DNA from: an uncultured delta proteobacterium
Lineage (GTDB): Bacteria; Desulfobacterota; Zymogenia; Zymogenales; Zymogenaceae
Direction: 5' to 3'
DNA: 64,000 bases
Assembly (NCBI GenBank): GCA_963792965.1
Contig: CAWBYW010000004.1
Coordinates: forward strand, 192,001-256,000
The notes under the pieces were generated by a model that searched no databases, had not been told where the DNA came from, and saw nothing but the letters and a program-made list of their open reading frames with translations. A program made the position numbers and the translations under genes. This document shows positions 60,900 to 64,000 of the stretch, in pieces (within the stretch, counting starts at the first letter, position 1; the number at the start of each line of letters is the position of its first letter).

Positions 60900-61205
60900 A
60901 TGGAATTTTATATAATTGGTGACCACGACACCGTATTGGGTTTTTCCCTTGCGGGCATCGAGGGAAGGGGCGTGAAGGACTCGCGCGAGGCGCTCACCGC
61001 GCTCAAGGAGACCCTCGGGAAGCCCGACATCGGGATACTCCTGATAACGGAGCGGCTTGCCCACGAGCTTCGCGCCGACATCGACGCCGTTATGATCGAG
61101 CGGAAGTTTCCTCTGATTATAGAGATCCCGGATATGGAAGGACCGCTCGAGGAGAAAGTCACCATTTCCGATCTGGTGAAGAGCGCCATTGGGATTAAGA
61201 TATAG
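60900..61205 (+). CDS. atpF: A/V-type ATPase subunit F (operon 2)
   Basis: IIGD.DTVLGF.LAGI, PLIIEIP, AIGIKI. Confidence 0.93.
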   Translation: MEFYIIGDHDTVLGFSLAGIEGRGVKDSREALTALKETLGKPDIGILLITERLAHELRADIDAVMIERKFPLIIEIPDMEGPLEEKVTISDLVKSAIGIKI

Positions 61206-61238
61206 CTGATTCCAAAATCCGGGAGAAAAAGGACGACT

Positions 61239-61856
61239 ATGGCACCGTTAGAATCCGTTGACAGCCTCGGGGACATCGTCATTAAGGAATCCCGCGACAA
61301 GGCCGAGTGGAATATCAAGAGCGCGAAAGAGACCAGCAAGAAGGTGCTGGACGAGGCCAAAGAGAAGGCTGGGGAAAACTACGAGAAGATCATCCAGCAG
61401 GGAAAGCAGTCGGGTGAGAAGGAGAAGCAGAAGATACTCTCCACCATCGAGATGGAAATGAAGAAGCTTGTCCTGAACTCGAAGGAATCCCTCATCGATG
61501 AGGCATTCGAGAAGGCGTGGGCGAAGTTCGAGGAGTTCAAGAAGACGAAAGACTACAAAGAGATCCTCGCGCGGCAGATCATCGGTTCGGTATCGGACCT
61601 TGAGGGCAGTCGGTTCGTCGTCGATGCCTATCGGGGCGATAAATTCAAGGTCGGCCCCGAGATGCTCAAGCAGATCGAAAAAGAAACAAAGAAAAAGGGA
61701 CTCATCATAGAGATCAACGAGATCGATGAGGACCCGGGCGGCGTCATTGTCCACGAGAAAGGCGGGAAGATATCTGTAGACAATACCTTTGCCAGCATCC
61801 TGGAGAGAAAGAAAAACGAGACGCGGGTAAAGGTATCCGAAATCCTTTTCGAGTAA
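61239..61856 (+). CDS. atpE: A/V-type ATPase subunit E (operon 2)
   Basis: Coiled coil, GGVIV...VDNTF, C-terminal ILF. Confidence 0.88.
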   Translation: MAPLESVDSLGDIVIKESRDKAEWNIKSAKETSKKVLDEAKEKAGENYEKIIQQGKQSGEKEKQKILSTIEMEMKKLVLNSKESLIDEAFEKAWAKFEEFKKTKDYKEILARQIIGSVSDLEGSRFVVDAYRGDKFKVGPEMLKQIEKETKKKGLIIEINEIDEDPGGVIVHEKGGKISVDNTFASILERKKNETRVKVSEILFE

Positions 61857-61865
61857 GGAGATACA

Positions 61866-63624
61866 ATGGAAGAGAGAATCGGGTCCGTGATATGGATCAG
61901 CGGTCCGGTCATCAAGGCGCGGATAGATAAAGAACTGGGCATGATGGAGATGGTCCTGGTGGGCAGCGATAGGATCTCGGGGGAGGTGATCGAGCTGGAC
62001 GGCGATGTCGCGACCGTCCAGGTCTATGAAGACACCAGCGGGCTCAAGCCGGGGGCCGAGCTCCTCGGCACCGGGTTTCCCGCTGTCCGTCGAGCTCGGG
62101 CCGGGGCTCATCAGCAACATCTACGACGGCGTCCAGCGCCCGCTCGAGACGATCCTCAAGGATACCGGCGACTTCATCCAGCGCGGTGTGCAGGCAAACG
62201 CCCTCTCGAGGGACCTTAAGTGGAAATTTACGCCCCAGGTCTCTGTCGGCCAGGCAATTTCGGGAGGCGCGGTCCTTGGCACCGTGCCGGAGAGCTTCAT
62301 GATCACGCACAAGATCCTCCTTCATCCGCATCTCTCGGGGAAAGTTAAATATATCGCCCCGGAGGGCGAATATACCCTCGAGGACGTGATCTGCGAGCTG
62401 CAGACCGCGAAAGGGACCGAAAAGGTCAAGATGTATCACCGCTGGCCCGTTCGTCACGGGAGGCCGTATACCAAGAGGCTTGCCCCGTCGGTGCCGCTCG
62501 TCACCGGGCAGAGGATCATCGATACCTTCTTTCCCATCGCCAAGGGGGGAACGGCGGCGATCCCGGGCGGATTCGGCACCGGAAAGACCGTGACTCAGCA
62601 CAACCTCGCCAAGTGGTCCGACGCCGATATCATCGTCTACATCGGCTGCGGCGAGCGGGGCAACGAGATGACGGGCGTCCTCGTCGATTTCCCCAAGCTC
62701 CAGGACCCGCGGAGCGGCAAGCCGCTCATGGAGCGAACCATACTTATCGCCAATACCTCCAACATGCCCGTGGCGGCGCGGGAGGCCTCGATCTATACCG
62801 GCATCACACTTGCCGAATATTACCGGGACATGGGGTACGACGTGGCGATCATGGCCGATTCCACGTCCCGGTGGGCGGAGGCGCTGCGCGAGATCTCCGG
62901 GCGGCTGGAGGAGATGCCCGCCGAGGAGGGGTTCCCGGCCTACCTCGCCACGAGGCTTGCCGAGTTCTACGAGCGTTCGGGGCGCGTTGAGACGCTGGCG
63001 GGGCCCGTCGGCTCGGTGAGCGCCATCGGCGCCGTGTCGCCGCCGGGCGGCGACTTCTCCGAGCCGGTGACCCAGCACACGAAGCGGTTTGTCCGCTGTT
63101 TCTGGGGGCTCGACAAGGAGCTGGCGTCGGCGCGGTTTTTCCCGGCCATCAACTATATGGACAGCTACAGCGAGTATCTCGACGAAGTGGAGACCTGGTG
63201 GCGCGAAAACGGCGACCGCGACTGGAAGGTGCTTCGCGCTGAGGCGATGGACATCCTGCGGCTGGACAATAAACTGCAGCAGATCGTCAGGCTCGTCGGC
63301 GAGGACGCCCTGCCCGACGAACAGAAGCTGGTCGTGGACGGCGCCAAGCTCATCAAGAACGCGTTCCTTCAGCAGAGCGCCTTTGACGGCGTGGACATGT
63401 ATTGCATGCCGAAAAAGCAGATCAAGATGCTGATCGTCATCATGCAATTCTACCACCGTGCGTCGATCGTCATCAACCAGGGGGTTCCCATCTATAAGCT
63501 CAGGGAACTGCCGGTGCTCAACGAACTGAACAGGATGAAGAATAAGATCGAGAACACAAAGATCGAGGAATTTGACATACTAGTGAAACGGATTGACGAA
63601 GAGCTTAACGGCCTGGTGGCCTAA
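61866..63624 (+). CDS. atpA: A/V-type ATPase subunit A (operon 2; frameshift near 62076)
   Basis: [26 protein letters not shown]; one extra T joins ORFs 61866..62219 and 62005..63624. Confidence 0.93.
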
Positions 63625-63640
63625 ATAAGGAGCTGACGAT

Positions 63641-64000
63641 ATGGCGGTCTTAAAAGATTATGAAGGCCTTCAAAAGATAAAAGGTCCGCTGATCTTCATC
63701 GAAGGGAGTAAAGGATGTCGGCTACGAGGAGATGGTGGAGATCACCGCCCCGAACGGCACCAAGCTGCACGGCCGGGTCCTCGAGCTTGGGAGCGACGTG
63801 GCGGTTGTGGAGGTCTTCGAGGGCACGGGAGGGCTCTCCATCACGAGCACGAAGGTCCGTTTTCTGGGTGAGCCGCTCAGGCTTCCCGTCACGATAGACA
63901 TGATGGGGCGCGTCTTCAACGGACTGGGGCTCCCCATCGACGGCGGCGCGGACCCGATCACCAGCATCCACCGCGATATCAACGGCGCCCCGATCAACCC
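63641..64000 (+). CDS. atpB: A/V-type ATPase subunit B, partial (frameshift near 63704; runs off the window)
   Basis: MAVLKDYEGLQKIKGPLIFIEG / VKDVGYEEMVEI...GRVLE...VEVFEGTGG...GRVFNGLG.PIDGG...DINGAPIN. Confidence 0.9.

Noticed and set aside
2320-63456. Long antisense ORFs (e.g. 2320..3732, 9524..10729, 30170..31996, 58681..59904, 62044..63456)
   Set aside because: They are shadows of real genes caused by GC-rich codon bias, with no motifs of their own
61866-64000. Programmed frameshifting or pseudogenisation of operon 2 subunits A and B
   Set aside because: Single extra bases in short runs with no slippery heptamer or stimulator, and the same error pattern occurs across the window

Overview
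A GC-rich bacterial chromosomal segment, mostly housekeeping. It has no rRNA, tRNA, CRISPR array or recognisable mobile element. The gene content (sigma54 type IVa pilin, CpoB, OmpH, trpB2, a divergent EF-G paralog, a putative selenoprotein) suggests an anaerobic Gram-negative of the Desulfobacterota/deltaproteobacterial type; this is inference. There are two different A/V-type ATPase operons. The first (12.8-21.9 kb, order H-I-K-E-C-F-A-B-D) has a Na+-type K subunit. The second (56.9 kb to the end, order H-C-I-K-F-E-A-B) has a probable H+-type K subunit. Elements missing from the ORF track are: (i) a Trp-leader attenuator with two sequence-coupled tandem terminators in front of trpB2; (ii) a small FmdB-type zinc-ribbon gene with a penultimate UGA and a SECIS-like hairpin, directly behind an ECF sigma / ZAS anti-sigma / trxB cluster; (iii) a sigma54 promoter driving an aromatic-rich pilin; (iv) a FadR-like operator at acs. 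Also present are a protein with 18 tandem 13-aa repeats and a GPH transporter / CASTOR-POLLUX channel / GH106-like cluster. About nine genes carry small frameshifts, often in homopolymers, which most likely are long-read assembly errors.
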